A stretch of 64,000 nt of DNA from Marsupella aquatica (GCA_973895155.1 OZ316895.1:3459659-3523658), one strand, 5' to 3'; positions 11,778 through 23,471 are shown, numbered from the stretch's first letter. Program-made: numbers and translations. Notes: generated by a model from the sequence alone, not told the origin.

Positions 11778-14700
11778 ATGGCGGTGTGTTACGAATCAGA
11801 TGATTATTCAGATGGAGTTTCTGATGATGTTTCATTGCCGGATGGCCCCTGCACAGTGGTTGGCCCAGATATCCCTGGAATAACTACTGTTTTAGATATG
11901 CCACCCCCCACCCCTATGAGCAAGTTAAAACGTAGTCCTTTACGACTTGCAATTAGTGAGAAGAAATCATTGGTCGGTGGTAAAGAGAGGTCAGGGAGCT
12001 CCTCTGACTCCTTGGAGAGTATTGGTCCCCCTGGACGTCAAGTTGTATCTCCTTTGTCACCAACAAAGGACAAATTGGGGAGTAATCTGGAAGGTTCAAT
12101 GCCTATTTGGATGTCTGGGAAACGGTCTCATGAATTCATGAAGACTGGATTTGGAAAGACGAAGAAGGCACTAAGTGGGGAAAATGACAGAGATTTTTGC
12201 AGTCTGCAAAGTGTTCAGCGGCTGAAGCAAATGCCAAAAAGTAAAACCTTTGGTAAGCCAACGTCGGAAACATTTCACAGGGGGATGAGGGAAGAAACTA
12301 GACGACCAGTGTTATTGAAAAGTATTCCAGAAAAGAATTCTAATGTGCGTTCCTCAGTTTTACCTAGGAGTCATGGTGTTGGGGCAGGGAGCAGATCAAG
12401 TCACGGAAACTCAAACAGGGAAACCAACCTGGTGGAGAGGGACCCTAGGAAAATATTGAAAGGGTCCCTACACGGTAATGGAGGGATTTCTGAAATACGC
12501 CCAGGTATTCCAAGGGTGCATAGAGTGAAGGAAGAGCCTCCATCTCCGAAGGCTGCAGGTCTGGAATCTAGGCATGTTCAGAAGCAAATGTTGGTGACCA
12601 TTTCATCATCGAATGAAAGCGAGTCTTCGGAGAGTGGGGAGGATGATGATGTTCCGGTGGCATCTAGTCGTTACAAACGTACGAGCAACGCCACTTTGTG
12701 TGAAACAAAGTTGAAAGAGGAGGATATCAAGAAAACAAATAGTAAGTACTGTTGTCAGAGTCATTGTCTCCTAAGTCTATCTCCAAAAGAAATTCGTGAG
12801 GCCCGTTCTAAATTTTTGAGGCAGAAATCTCAGGATCGATCTTTATCTTTGCAGTGGCTTATAAAGCGAGACGGAAATGAAGGAGGGAGGCAGACTATAT
12901 CTTACACGTTTGGTCAAAAGAGTATTTGTCGGAAAGCTTTCAAGCTTATATTTTGCGTTGGCAATCATAGATTAAATAGAATTTTGAAATTAGACAACCA
13001 AGACTTAGGATATTCTAAACCAGTTGGACGCCCTCCATCTGTTAAAAGATTAGTCTTGGTCAGTTGGCTTAGGTCGTTTTTTGAGACACGCGTGGAAACA
13101 TTGCCAAATAAAGAAGTTTCACATTTACCGGATAATTATTCAAAGCTGGAGGTATGGAAGATCTACGACTCCAACTATGCCAAGATTGATGAATCTTCAA
13201 AAATATCCTATCGACAATTCTTGAAAGTTTGGGTTCAAGAATTTGGTCATGTGAAGATTCCTCCAGTCAATCGATTCAGTGCTTGCGCGGATTGCGAGGA
13301 GTTCAAATCAATTCGGGACAAAGCTGTCTCGGAGACCGAAAAGAGTAAGTTGCTTACAAGTTTGACAAGTTTTTGTTTCAAGAATATGGCTTAACACATG
13401 ATTTCTAATTTTTTTTGAAGAAACTAACAAGTTGTTTTTCCAGGGCGAGGGGAAATTATGTTACAAAAACATAGAGACCAACAATCCAAAGAACGTGAGA
13501 AACTCGCGAAGCATCGTAAGAAATGTTTTTCAAATTCTGATAAATATTTGGGAGTTGTCATTGATGGTATGGATCAGAAGAAGACAAGGTTGCCTCATTG
13601 GCCACGGCCCCCAAAATCGGTGGACGAAACATGTTTGATCCAAATGCACGTTGTCGGATGCCTGGTTTTCAATGGTGCACTATTTTCAAGAGTGTTTCTT
13701 AATTATCCTGTATTGCATAATGATGGAAACTTGACAGTCACAATCCTGCAAAGGGTGTTTCACGAATGGGAAGAAAAGCCTGGTGGCTTGCCGCCTGTTC
13801 TCCAGCTTCAACTTGATAATACCAGTAGAGAAAATAAAAATAATTTACTCTTTGCCTATCTTCATATGTTGATTCGAAGAAAGGTTTTTCGGAAAATCAA
13901 ACTAGGATTCTTGTTGGTTGGACACACACACGATCAAATAGATCAAATGTTCAGTCGATTTTCTAAACGACTAGCAAGGTTTAAGGCATTCACATACGAA
14001 AGCCTATGTGATATTATTTGTGAATCATATCAACCCCAACCAAATATCGCTCTTTTAAAGGAAACATATGATTTCCGTCAATATGCCTTCTCAGATCCAC
14101 CTTTAGTCATTGAAAGGATTCGAAATGTTACCTTCCACCACCAGTACAAATTTGCATTTGACAAGTTGGAAAATCAAGTTCCAACCCAATGGGGGAAGAA
14201 GTTTTCCACGGACTCAACTTGGAAACCTGACGGAGGCGTGAAATTTTTGAGGGAAGAGGAGCCAGAAAAGGTGATGGGTTGTGCTCCCGGATTACCCCTT
14301 TTCAAAAAGGGGGATAAGAACGTTACAAGGACTCAACCAAATATGTCTAGTTCTTCAAGAATGACTTTGAAGGAGATGGATGATTCGTTAAATGAGATTC
14401 AAAAGGGAATACTTGCAGTTGAAACTTTATTCTCAGAAGAGGAAGTGAACTGGTGGAGAATGTTTTTTGAAGAGCAACGGGAATTGAATAAATCTTTGCT
14501 CCTTGATCAAAGACCATTGATTTTCCCTTTTCAATGGCCACGCTCCCAAAGGGAGATTGCTGTTGCTGCTGAAGTTCCCAGAGTCCTTGTCAATGAAGAG
14601 GAAATTGAAGAGAGAGTATACGGACCTACCAGAGATATATACGTGGGTCCTTATCGGAATCAAGGAAAGATAGATGCAGAGAAGGAGAATATGGAAGGAG

Positions 14701-15176
14701 ACTTTTCGGATCTTGAAGTCAACACTTATATTTCTGTTGCTGGAGAAGAATCGGAAACATTTTGGGTGGCCAAGGTGGAAAGAATTGACCAGCGCGACGA
14801 GTTCAACATTCCAAAAATGATTTATGTTTTATGGCATGCTCCAAAAACCGGGTCAGATCCTTGGAAAGCCAAGTACTTACCAGAAGTCTTAAACTACGAA
14901 AAGAAGAAAAGTGGTCGTGGGAAAGGAACTTTGAAACCAATATGGTTTCACCAAGAGCTTGATTTATCTTCAACGACTGTTTTTGCTTACAACTTCATGT
15001 TGACAAAATCTGATACATTGTACAAAAAGACAGTAGATCGAATCAAAATCCGATTGACTGAATTTTTGGCAGAAGAGAAAGAGCAAGAACAAGAGAATGG
15101 ATCAACTAGAACCCCGCTAGGAGATAAATCTAGGGATATTTCGTTTCAAGAATTGAGAACTTCTGGATCTGAGTAA
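11778..15176 (+). CDS. Transposase, DUF7869/Sola-like RNase-H (DDD) family, ~1099 aa, 2 exons (11778-13344, 13444-15176)
   Basis: A phase-1 GTAAGT..CCAG intron (13345-13443) joins the 538-aa and 572-aa ORFs. Motifs: CCxxxC, ICRKAFKLIFCVGNHRL, FSACADC, IDGMDQKKT, LQLDNTSRENKN, FLLVGHTHDQIDQMFS. Located between TIRs. The Sola label is inferred from the motifs plus the 4-bp TSD. Confidence 0.85.
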
Positions 15177-15704
15177 TGAAAAGTAGTTATTGTTTATGAC
15201 ATTACCATTGAAAAACATGGATAACTTGAAAATTTACAAATTTTCAAAATGCCTTTACCACTTATTCATGAATTCATGGTTAAAGTTTCTTGAGAAATTT
15301 GTAGTTTAATATTATCTTAGTGGGTTGTGTTTCAATTCAATTAGATGGTGTCATTTCTATTCTCCTTGTCTTCTTTTCACAATAATGTGTATCAGGTTAA
15401 GTTGTAGTAATTTATTTTCTGGTTTTTAAATGACAATGGCTTTTGGAGGTGATTTAGTTGTTGTTTCAAAAGACACCTCGTGTAATTGTGAGACCATTGT
15501 AGATAATAGTGTTGTATTTGAGATCATTTATTGGTGGAATGTAACTTCAGATGAATTTGGTCATTTTTAGGTGTCAAAACATAGCTAGTTTATGTCATAT
15601 TTTGTTCGCTCCATATTTTTGCTCTAAAATAGGTGCTAATTTTTGCACTTTTTTTGACTTTTTCGTTGTTTTTCTGATTTTTTGGCTAGAGTTCCTAAAG
15701 TATG

Positions 15705-15736
15705 GGCTTGTTACTCATCATTTAAGGCTTCTTGTT
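15705..15736 (-). repeat. Right terminal inverted repeat (32 bp)
   Basis: GGCTTGTTACTCATCATTTAAGGCTTCTTGTT followed by TSD CCCA. Confidence 0.9.
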
Positions 15737-16170
15737 CCCAGTGCTCATGCCTAGACCCTCAAATCTCATCGCCGCTTGAGGCCCCCGATCGGCCAAACCC
15801 GGATCGGGCCATAACTTGCGCCCCAAACATTTGTTGCCCATGGCGTCAACTCCATTGGCCTTGGGCCCTAGAGGAGCTCCCACTCAAGCCCTCAGAACTC
15901 AAAGTTCGTCCGAGGGTCCGAACGGTCAACCTTGAGCCCAACCCTTTTCCCCTTAACCCGACCAGCTCTCATCTGGTCTAAGTCCTGAGTGTGTGTCACC
16001 AGCTTGGCTCCTTGCCTTTGCTAGTGCCACAACTCATTGCCCACAAGTCTCCCCATGCTAAGTCCTCCCCGGATGGCCTATCCGGGCCTGGACCATAAGG
16101 GAGCTCGGCGTCGGAGTCAGGGACGCCGGAGCTAAGTGTTAAGGTAGTCGAGTTCCGCAACTCCCTCCTA
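15737..16170 (+). repeat. GC-rich dispersed repeat, copy A right part
   Basis: Continues collinear with 19090-19460, for example CCGGATGGCCTATCCGGGCCTGGACCATAAGGGAGCTCGGCGTCGGAGTCAG. Confidence 0.85.
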
Positions 16171-16295
16171 CTCACATGATTGACCAATCCATGCAAGGAT
16201 TCCTTAGAAACTTCTTGGGGAAAGAATACAACCTTGGCACATAAAAGATAACGTCACACCAAAACTTCAGGAATCAAACTAAATTCATATATCTT

Positions 16296-16413
16296 CTTGG
16301 CCGACACAACATCTTTTCTCTCAACGACCTCTTGGCTGACACGACATCTTTTTTTCTCAACGACATCTTGGCTGACATGACTTCTTTTGTGCAACACACG
16401 GGTATTGAACTAG
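16296..16413 (+). mobile_element. Helitron-like 3' end with inverted minisatellite
   Basis: GTGCAACACACGGGTATTGAACTAG|T ending at 16413; inverted homolog of 17289-17420. Confidence 0.55.
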
Positions 16414-17288
16414 TTATATATAATGCTACGTTGCCTAGCTAGTATAACAGTCGATGTTTGAACGCCGACGAGGCTCACTCGACACAATATTGATCAAATT
16501 GGTCAGTTGACCATTTCAAGGAGTGAGAGCCATCTCCAGCCCGTGAGCCTGTTGAAGGATGGGTGCCCAACCTAGTTTAACCACCTTAACAACAGGTCTC
16601 AGAGACCAATGAGAACAATCAATCTCAGAGACCGATGAGAACAATCTACAAAACAGTTGAGTGGCTTACAGTTCAAAATAATCTAATAATTGAAACTTTT
16701 GAACTTTCCAATATATCATAGACAGTGCCCAAATTAAGGCATAAAAAGGGGAACTTTATCCCAAAGGCAAAGCAACCCAATGAAAGGGAGGAAAAGAGGG
16801 GAAAGGGCTTTAGGTGGTCTGTTTTGATAAGTATAGTTACAATGATTGATCGGCACTACTGTATGTACTTAAACAATGTTTCATGCCAGGAGGGCGATAC
16901 TTGGCGAATAGTAGGTAGTATATGAACACACTAGGATACATGGTCAGAGGGAGTGGATCATTTGGAAATGAGAACGTCAGGAATCAGAGGCAGTAGGTGA
17001 ATTGGTGCTGAGAAAGTGGAATTCTGGCCAGCCTACATGAAGAGGCAGTAGATGGGTTCAAGCTGAGAAGGTAGATCTCTAGACGCATTAGACTTTCTTC
17101 TCTGATCGTCCCTCGAGTTTCAGGAAATTGAGAATTGGTATGATCTTGAGTCTATAGAGGACTCGATGCAAATGATTGGCCTCGTTTGACCTGTAAGGAA
17201 TTATTGTTTAGAAGGCAAGGTCCACATATTTATAAATTCTAAAATTAAGGTCTCATGTTGACCCCGGTCTGCATTTTTATATGATCAA

Positions 17289-20076
17289 CTAGCTCAATAC
17301 CTGTGCGTTGCACAAAAGAAGTCGTGTCGGCCAAGATGTCATTGAGAGAAAATGATGTCATGTTAGCCAACAGGTCGTGGAGAGAAAAGATGTTGTGTCA
17401 CCCAAGAGGTCTTGGAGAGAAAAAAAATGTTGTGTCGCCCAAGAGGTCGTTGAGAGAAAAGATGTTGGGCCGCTTAAGAGGTTGTTGAGAGAAAAAAAGT
17501 CATGTTGGCCAAGATGTCGTTGAGAAAAAAAGACGTGTCGGCCAAGAGATTGTGGAGAGAAATTATGTCGAGTCGCCCTAAAGGTCATTCATTGAGAGAA
17601 AAGAAGTCGTTGAGAAAAAAAGATATCATGTCAGCCAAGAGGTCGTTGAGAAAAAAGATGTCGTCTTGGCCAAGAAGTCATTGAGGAAAAAGATGTCGTG
17701 TTAGCCAAGATGTCGTTAAAAAAAATTGTCATGTCGGCCAAGATGTTGTTGAGAAAAAAGATGTCGTGTTAGCCAAGATGTCGTTAAAAAAATTTGTCAT
17801 ATCGGCCAAGATGTCGTTTCGGCAAAGACATCGTTGAGGGAAAAGATGTCGAGTCGGCCAAGACATCGTTCAGGAAAATACCCACGCGTTGCACAAAAGA
17901 TGTTGTTAAGAAAAAGATTGTTCCTTTCAAACCTTAACCTCCCCCTTTTCCCCTTTTACTATTTTTGGTCTTCTCTTTTTCACATTCACCATCACTCCAC
18001 CCGTTCACCGCCCCCCTTCCAGTGGTGGACCTTGCCACCCAGCGCTGTCACCAATCCCAACACTCACGCCTAAGTGCCCTTGGTGCCCGAACGCCTCCAC
18101 GGAATACCTCGAGCAAGCAACCTAGTGCCCCTTGCACCGCCAGCGGCCCCTCCCATACGAAGCCGCACTTGCTCTCTAACACGACCGCTACTCAACGGTC
18201 CTCCCTATCTGCACAAGCAACCAAACACCTCGGTAAGTAACCCTTCAGGATCTAGAACTCGCCAAGTCTAGCATCCTAACTCAAGTTCAACAGACGTTGG
18301 TAAATAGGTCAGCAATAGGTCCTCCCGATGCCATAAGCCAGAACCAGAGCCCACGCCCACTGTTCGTCCAGAACAGCTCCTTCCGCGGGCGCGGCCTGGG
18401 TTCCCCCTCGTACCTATCCCGGGACCTATCCATCACCAACTGACCACCCTGACCTCAGGACATGCTCATGGCCCAATTAGCGTAGCTTGTCCTAAAGCTT
18501 GTCCCAACACGCCAGGACCAGAACGGCCCCGACTCTAGCAACCGCTCTCGGTTCGCCCCACTAGTGGTCTAGGGGCCAAGCACCCCTGGAACTCAGCCTC
18601 CGCACCTACTTGGCCTTGCCTCCCCAACGCAAGCTCCCTTGGGAGACTGAACGCGGCTTGGCTGTTGTTCGGTAGGATTTGGCAAGCGGGCGAGCTAACA
18701 CCCGCAAGCCATGAGAACCCACGGCACCCCCAGACCCAGCTGAGCTCAAAAGGGTGTAGCCCTCCTCAAGATATTCCAACGCACCTAAGAAGTCCTCCAA
18801 CGGACTTCCCGTTGGGAAGATATCACCATTTCCGTTTGGCGGTTTCCCTTAGTGTCGCGACCGCCGCGGCTCACGACTTCGGCTCGCCCTTAGCCCCCAA
18901 GGAGACACCACTCCCCTCATATATGCTTCTGGAGACCTGCCACCCCCGGACCAGCTTTGGTCCCTAAACATTTGGCCCCCAACCCGGATCCCATCGCGCA
19001 TAATGGGCGCGCCATCAACTGGCAACGCCCATAACTTTCTTGATAGCCATCCGCAAGCAGAGTGCCTTAGCCCGTTGTGACCAGGCCGACCCAGTGCTCA
19101 TGTCTAGGCTCTCAGGTCTGATCGCCGCTCGGGGCCCCCGACCGGCCCAACCCGGATCGGGCCACAACTTGCGCCCCAAGCGTCCGTTTAGGGCCCAAGA
19201 GAAGTCCTCAGAACTCAAAGTCCATCCGGAGGTCCGGACGGCCATCCTTGAGCCGGCCCATTTCCCCTTGACCCGGCCATCGGCTAGTCCAAGTCCTTAG
19301 TGTGTGCCCTCAGCTTGGCTCCTTGCCTCGCTAGTGCCACGTCTCATTGCTCACAAGTCTCCCCGGATGGCCTATCCGGGCCTGGACCATAAGGGAGCTC
19401 GGCGTCGGAGTCAGCGACGCCGGAGCTAAGTGTTAAGGTAGTCGAGTTCCGTGACTCTTCCCCACCCATGTGAGATCAAGGGGCTACCCTACATTGCGAG
19501 TGTGCCCCTCACCTGAGACCTTGCAATCAACACCCATGCCATGCACTTCACTATGTCTTTGGGCCTTATTACTTTAGTTTTGTTGGCATTGAAAATGACA
19601 CTGCAAATGACTGTAAAAATTACCACAAATATTGGGAGAATAGTTGTTTTTATTGATGTAGTGACTAAAATGTTATTAGCAATTAAATTACTTTTGTGGA
19701 CTCTTACCATTATTATACAAAATTATGATGCACACAATATTGAAATATGTACAATGAATATATAAAATACAATTTATATGTGAATATGTATAATATTTAC
19801 TTGCATGTATACTCCTTGATCCTTGTGCATTGTGTTAAAGTATTTAGCTTATTTTTTTGTGTACCTAGTGTGATTATTCTTGCTTGTCTTGGGCACCGTG
19901 CAACTTTTTGTGACTCACACTAAACTCAATTCACACTTTTGCTTTATTGCTTACCTTTCACCATATTTTTTAATTTTTGTGCACTGCTTGAATGATGATC
20001 ACTCTAAAAAGTGACGATCACACTTTCTAAAAGTGTGTATTATAGTTATTAAAATAGAATATTAAAAATGAATAGA
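17289..20076 (-). mobile_element. Non-autonomous Helitron-like element containing a minisatellite and GC-rich repeat copy B
   Basis: The minus strand ends GTGCAACGCAC (hairpin)-AGGTATTGAG-CTAG|T at 17289, which resembles a plant Helitron 3' terminus. The right boundary (A|TCTATT at 20076) is tentative. Confidence 0.5.
17310..17915 (+). repeat. Degenerate ~32-33-bp minisatellite (GCCAAGATGTCGTTGAGAGAAAAGATGTCGTGTCG-like)
   Basis: Many imperfect tandem copies. Related, more decayed tracts lie at ~350-630, 3511-3690 and 5638-6030. Confidence 0.85.
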
Positions 20077-21839
20077 TGGTAGGATGCACGTACACATGAC
20101 GTCATGATTAGTCATGATTAGTCCCTCCGTATGTACGTAGGAGTGACTCTGAATGGCTGAGCACATGAAATCATTTCCAGGAGGGACCGAAAATACACGA
20201 GAAAATGGTGGGTATCTGGTTGGTTAGGACTAGTCCTGTGATTCCTTCCAGAAAGCCACGTAGAGTCCTTCACACCTTAGTTTGCGCGTTCCAATCCCGC
20301 TATGTCCTCCAATCTTTAGCTCCTTTCCTGTTGCAGAAATTCAGGCTTTCCTGATTCACTTCGCTGATGAAACTGTAATGCGAAGAAACCTGGATCCATA
20401 CTGTGATCGAGCGAGCAACAATAACTAATTGAGTAACTTCCACGATTGATCGGCTGCGTCTGGGAATTCTGTGCCCTCTTGATTTTTCTGAATATATTAA
20501 TGGCTGCTAATTAGGAGCTTCTCAGCCGTGAATGTTGAACAAGTAAAGACCTCTCGCGAATGAAGACATCGTTTGGGTCAGCATCACATTAATTAGGTCA
20601 TCACGTTATCACATGAACAGCTCCTGACATTTCTCCATTTTACACTGCGTTTAGAAGACTAGAACTCAAAAAACTCTCAATGCGTTTGGTAGAAAACTAC
20701 TAATTTTTTGTATACATTTCACTGTCCAAAAAATCGGAACTTCTCGAATGACGAGACCTCCATTCATTGAGTAGTGGATAAGGCTGAATGATCCTTGCTA
20801 GTATGAACCTTTTCATTTTGTCTGTGCGTTGAAGAAGAGGGCTACCGTTTCACTTATGGAATGAATGCAGATTGGAGGGCTAGCGTGGGCACAACAGCGC
20901 CAATAATCGGGTTGCAGCACCACGGACGGCACTGTTGGTTATGGAAAGGATGTCTTATCATGAGAGCTTCTATGGCCACGATCGATTAACAGGTTCAATG
21001 AAATAAAATATGTAAACACTATCTCTGAATCTGGATGCAGTAGAATTCAACATCGCTAAAACGATAACTGCGATTCTAACAGCTCGAGGCGATTTAATTC
21101 AAAATCTTCAATCGTGAGCTTCTGCCCTTCAAATGAGGTCCATACTTGTCAGTAATAGAATCTGATCAGAAATCAAGCAGAAAGTCAGGAATGTTGTTGT
21201 AATAAGCCTATATGTTGCTCTTTGGGGGTATGAATCGAATTCAATTCAGATTTTCAAGTGTGCACAAACGGAAGCACCTGGATTCTCCGACGCATGTGAT
21301 TGATCCCGCACTCAACGGTCGTACAAATGTCTGCAAAGAGGTCCAACTACAATGTTTCTAGTCTGGAGGGTAATCACTTGATCCGCCATCGCACTGAAGA
21401 AGTTATATATTTAAACCATTTGGTGGCATTAACAGTTGGATGTAATTTAATTACAAGGGAGGCTCATATGGACTCGATGAGAAGAGATGGACGGGTTACA
21501 CTTCAATACAAGCTCCTCGGAAATTGCAGAAGTCTTCCTAAGTTTCTACATGATCACTCCTGTGAACCGCAACTCCATTCATTCATTTTGAGACCTAGAG
21601 CCGCTAGACGTCACCCAAGCCACGTCACACATGACGGGGCTCGGGTTTAACACTGCCGTGGGACAATAAGCTTCAAGGTTTCCCGACAGTGGATGAGCCT
21701 CTGTGGCCCAGCAGAGAATTCAGCGGTTCCCCCGAGTGAATTTGTACTCGTCCGGTTTGACCGGGCACCCCGACGTTTTCAATAATAAATTTGGCTCTCA
21801 TCAGCAAATGCATCACAGGGTGAAACAAGAAGAGATGAG

Positions 21840-23471
21840 ATGCAGCGTACTTTAGGGCACTGTGATTCCTGGAAAAATCCTGACGATCTACGATTCACTA
21901 AGGGGAATATAAATTTGAACTTTCCAACTGGGCAGCTTCAGTATGAGAACATCTACGACGTGCTATGTGCACTGGAGGTTGGTAAATTAATTCCGCGGGA
22001 CATTCCGAGCCTCCGAGTGATCTCCCATGAAGGTCAGCTATGGACACTGGACAACAAACTTCTCTACATTTGCAGAATATCGCCGAAAGTCAAAAGAGTC
22101 TCGGTGGTACATGTATCCGGGCAAAGATTTCTGGAAAAGTTGCTTGGCGAAATCTCCCGGGCGGCCATGCAGCGCATGTCTTCCGCAGAATTCTTTCCGA
22201 AAGTCGATAAATGCGACAAGTCGCCTAGAGGAGAACTCACATTCCGTGCAGATCGTGTTCGATTATCTGTAGTGAAGAAGATCCTCGAGAAAGAGAAAAT
22301 TAGAGGAAAGAGGTCATCGGCGTCTAAATCGTCGTCCACAGGAAGATCGGTTGCTTCGTCTACTACCGTGACCACTCGAATCTCGTCAGAAAACACAGAA
22401 TCGGGAACTCCTTTCTCAGCTGGATCGACATGTGTTCAAAATTCGGACAGCAAGACGAGCACCAGTCTTCCGGACGTATCATCGACAGACTCAAGCGGAG
22501 TTTTGTTGGAGACGAAAGCAGAATGCTACCCTGCTGTAAGATCAATGACAGGCCACCATGGTTCGGAGGAGTCCGTCCAAATTCCTGTAGAGGAGGAGCA
22601 TGAAAATGGAATTGCGCGCACAAGAAGGGGCTCCATATTTCCATCATCATTTTCGGAGAGCAGGCCATCCACTTGTCAAGCATCTCCCAGATTTTCACGA
22701 ATTCTTCAGCGTTTCCCCAGCGCGCCTCGGGCATCTAGGTTGGTGAAGAGGAATTCATCAGATGCCTTCATCAGACTAGTTCAACCACGATCTTCAAGAA
22801 TTTGGCAGTTTGATAGTCCTACAGAAAGACCCTCCTCGGCGGCGTTTCCAAATGATTCTCGGGAACTCGTCTGCGGCAACTTGTTCGCCTCATGTCGAGA
22901 CGATTGTCGAGATACTGTCTCCCAAAGCGTTTCCACAAAGCTCCCAGAGGAAGATTCTCCGGAAATTTTCTCTCAAGGCTTATCATCGAAGTTTAAAGTA
23001 GGCAGAAATGAGCCAGACGATGATTTTGAATTGGAAGCATTTGTGCTCCCCGAATTTTGTTCCCCTCTGCCGAATTACCGCGACAGCAAATGCGATGGCG
23101 ACGAAGACATTTCCCCTCCCCACACTTCTCAGAAGCCAGGTGATGGCACTCTTATCTCATCACGGGACCGTTTGGATCGTTCCGTGAGCTCCTGTTCAAG
23201 TTCCACAGAACGACCGATGAATAACAAGCCACAGCATTCAGGATTCCAAAGCAAATGCGAGCCTCGAAGAAAGGGGATTGAGAACTGCAACAGCCTTCTT
23301 AGGACCTTTTCCCTTTTGCAGAAATCCAACATTGGACGATCCTTAAGCCCTCTCAGACGAGCTTCTGTTTCTGCTGGGATGAAATGTCACCTCTCGGCAG
23401 AACACGAGTTCGAAGTGTCCAAACAAATTTTGCTGAAACATATGAAGAAAGCTTTCTTTTCTGTGTGTTGA
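21840..23471 (+). CDS. Single-exon 543-aa protein: N-terminal ParB/Srx-like domain plus long Ser-rich low-complexity tail
   Basis: Long intact ORF. PDDLRFTKGNI..F..IYDVL..L..G..DIPSLRVI..GQLWTLDNKLLY resembles the 'I.F(T/S)Q..I...F...DIP.I.V....(Y/W)(S/T)LDNRRL' ParB-like family. Confidence 0.6.
   Translation: MQRTLGHCDSWKNPDDLRFTKGNINLNFPTGQLQYENIYDVLCALEVGKLIPRDIPSLRVISHEGQLWTLDNKLLYICRISPKVKRVSVVHVSGQRFLEKLLGEISRAAMQRMSSAEFFPKVDKCDKSPRGELTFRADRVRLSVVKKILEKEKIRGKRSSASKSSSTGRSVASSTTVTTRISSENTESGTPFSAGSTCVQNSDSKTSTSLPDVSSTDSSGVLLETKAECYPAVRSMTGHHGSEESVQIPVEEEHENGIARTRRGSIFPSSFSESRPSTCQASPRFSRILQRFPSAPRASRLVKRNSSDAFIRLVQPRSSRIWQFDSPTERPSSAAFPNDSRELVCGNLFASCRDDCRDTVSQSVSTKLPEEDSPEIFSQGLSSKFKVGRNEPDDDFELEAFVLPEFCSPLPNYRDSKCDGDEDISPPHTSQKPGDGTLISSRDRLDRSVSSCSSSTERPMNNKPQHSGFQSKCEPRRKGIENCNSLLRTFSLLQKSNIGRSLSPLRRASVSAGMKCHLSAEHEFEVSKQILLKHMKKAFFSVC

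Larger units (their letters stand above)
7536..15736. mobile_element. Complete autonomous TIR DNA transposon (Sola-like) carrying a ParB-DNA methyltransferase cargo gene
   Basis: Left end 7536 AACAAGAAGCCTTAAGGGATGAGTCCAAAGCC versus reverse complement of right end (15736) AACAAGAAGCCTTAAATGATGAGTAACAAGCC: 27/32 identical, first 15 perfect. CCCA is duplicated at 7532-7535 and 15737-15740. The uninterrupted paralogous site GGCCGACCCAGTGCTCATG is at 19084-19102. Two intact divergent genes lie inside. Confidence 0.93.

Noticed and set aside
17303-17684. Short ORFs with repeated KMSLREK peptides (also 3516-3716)
   Set aside because: They are translations of the minisatellite, with no coding evidence.
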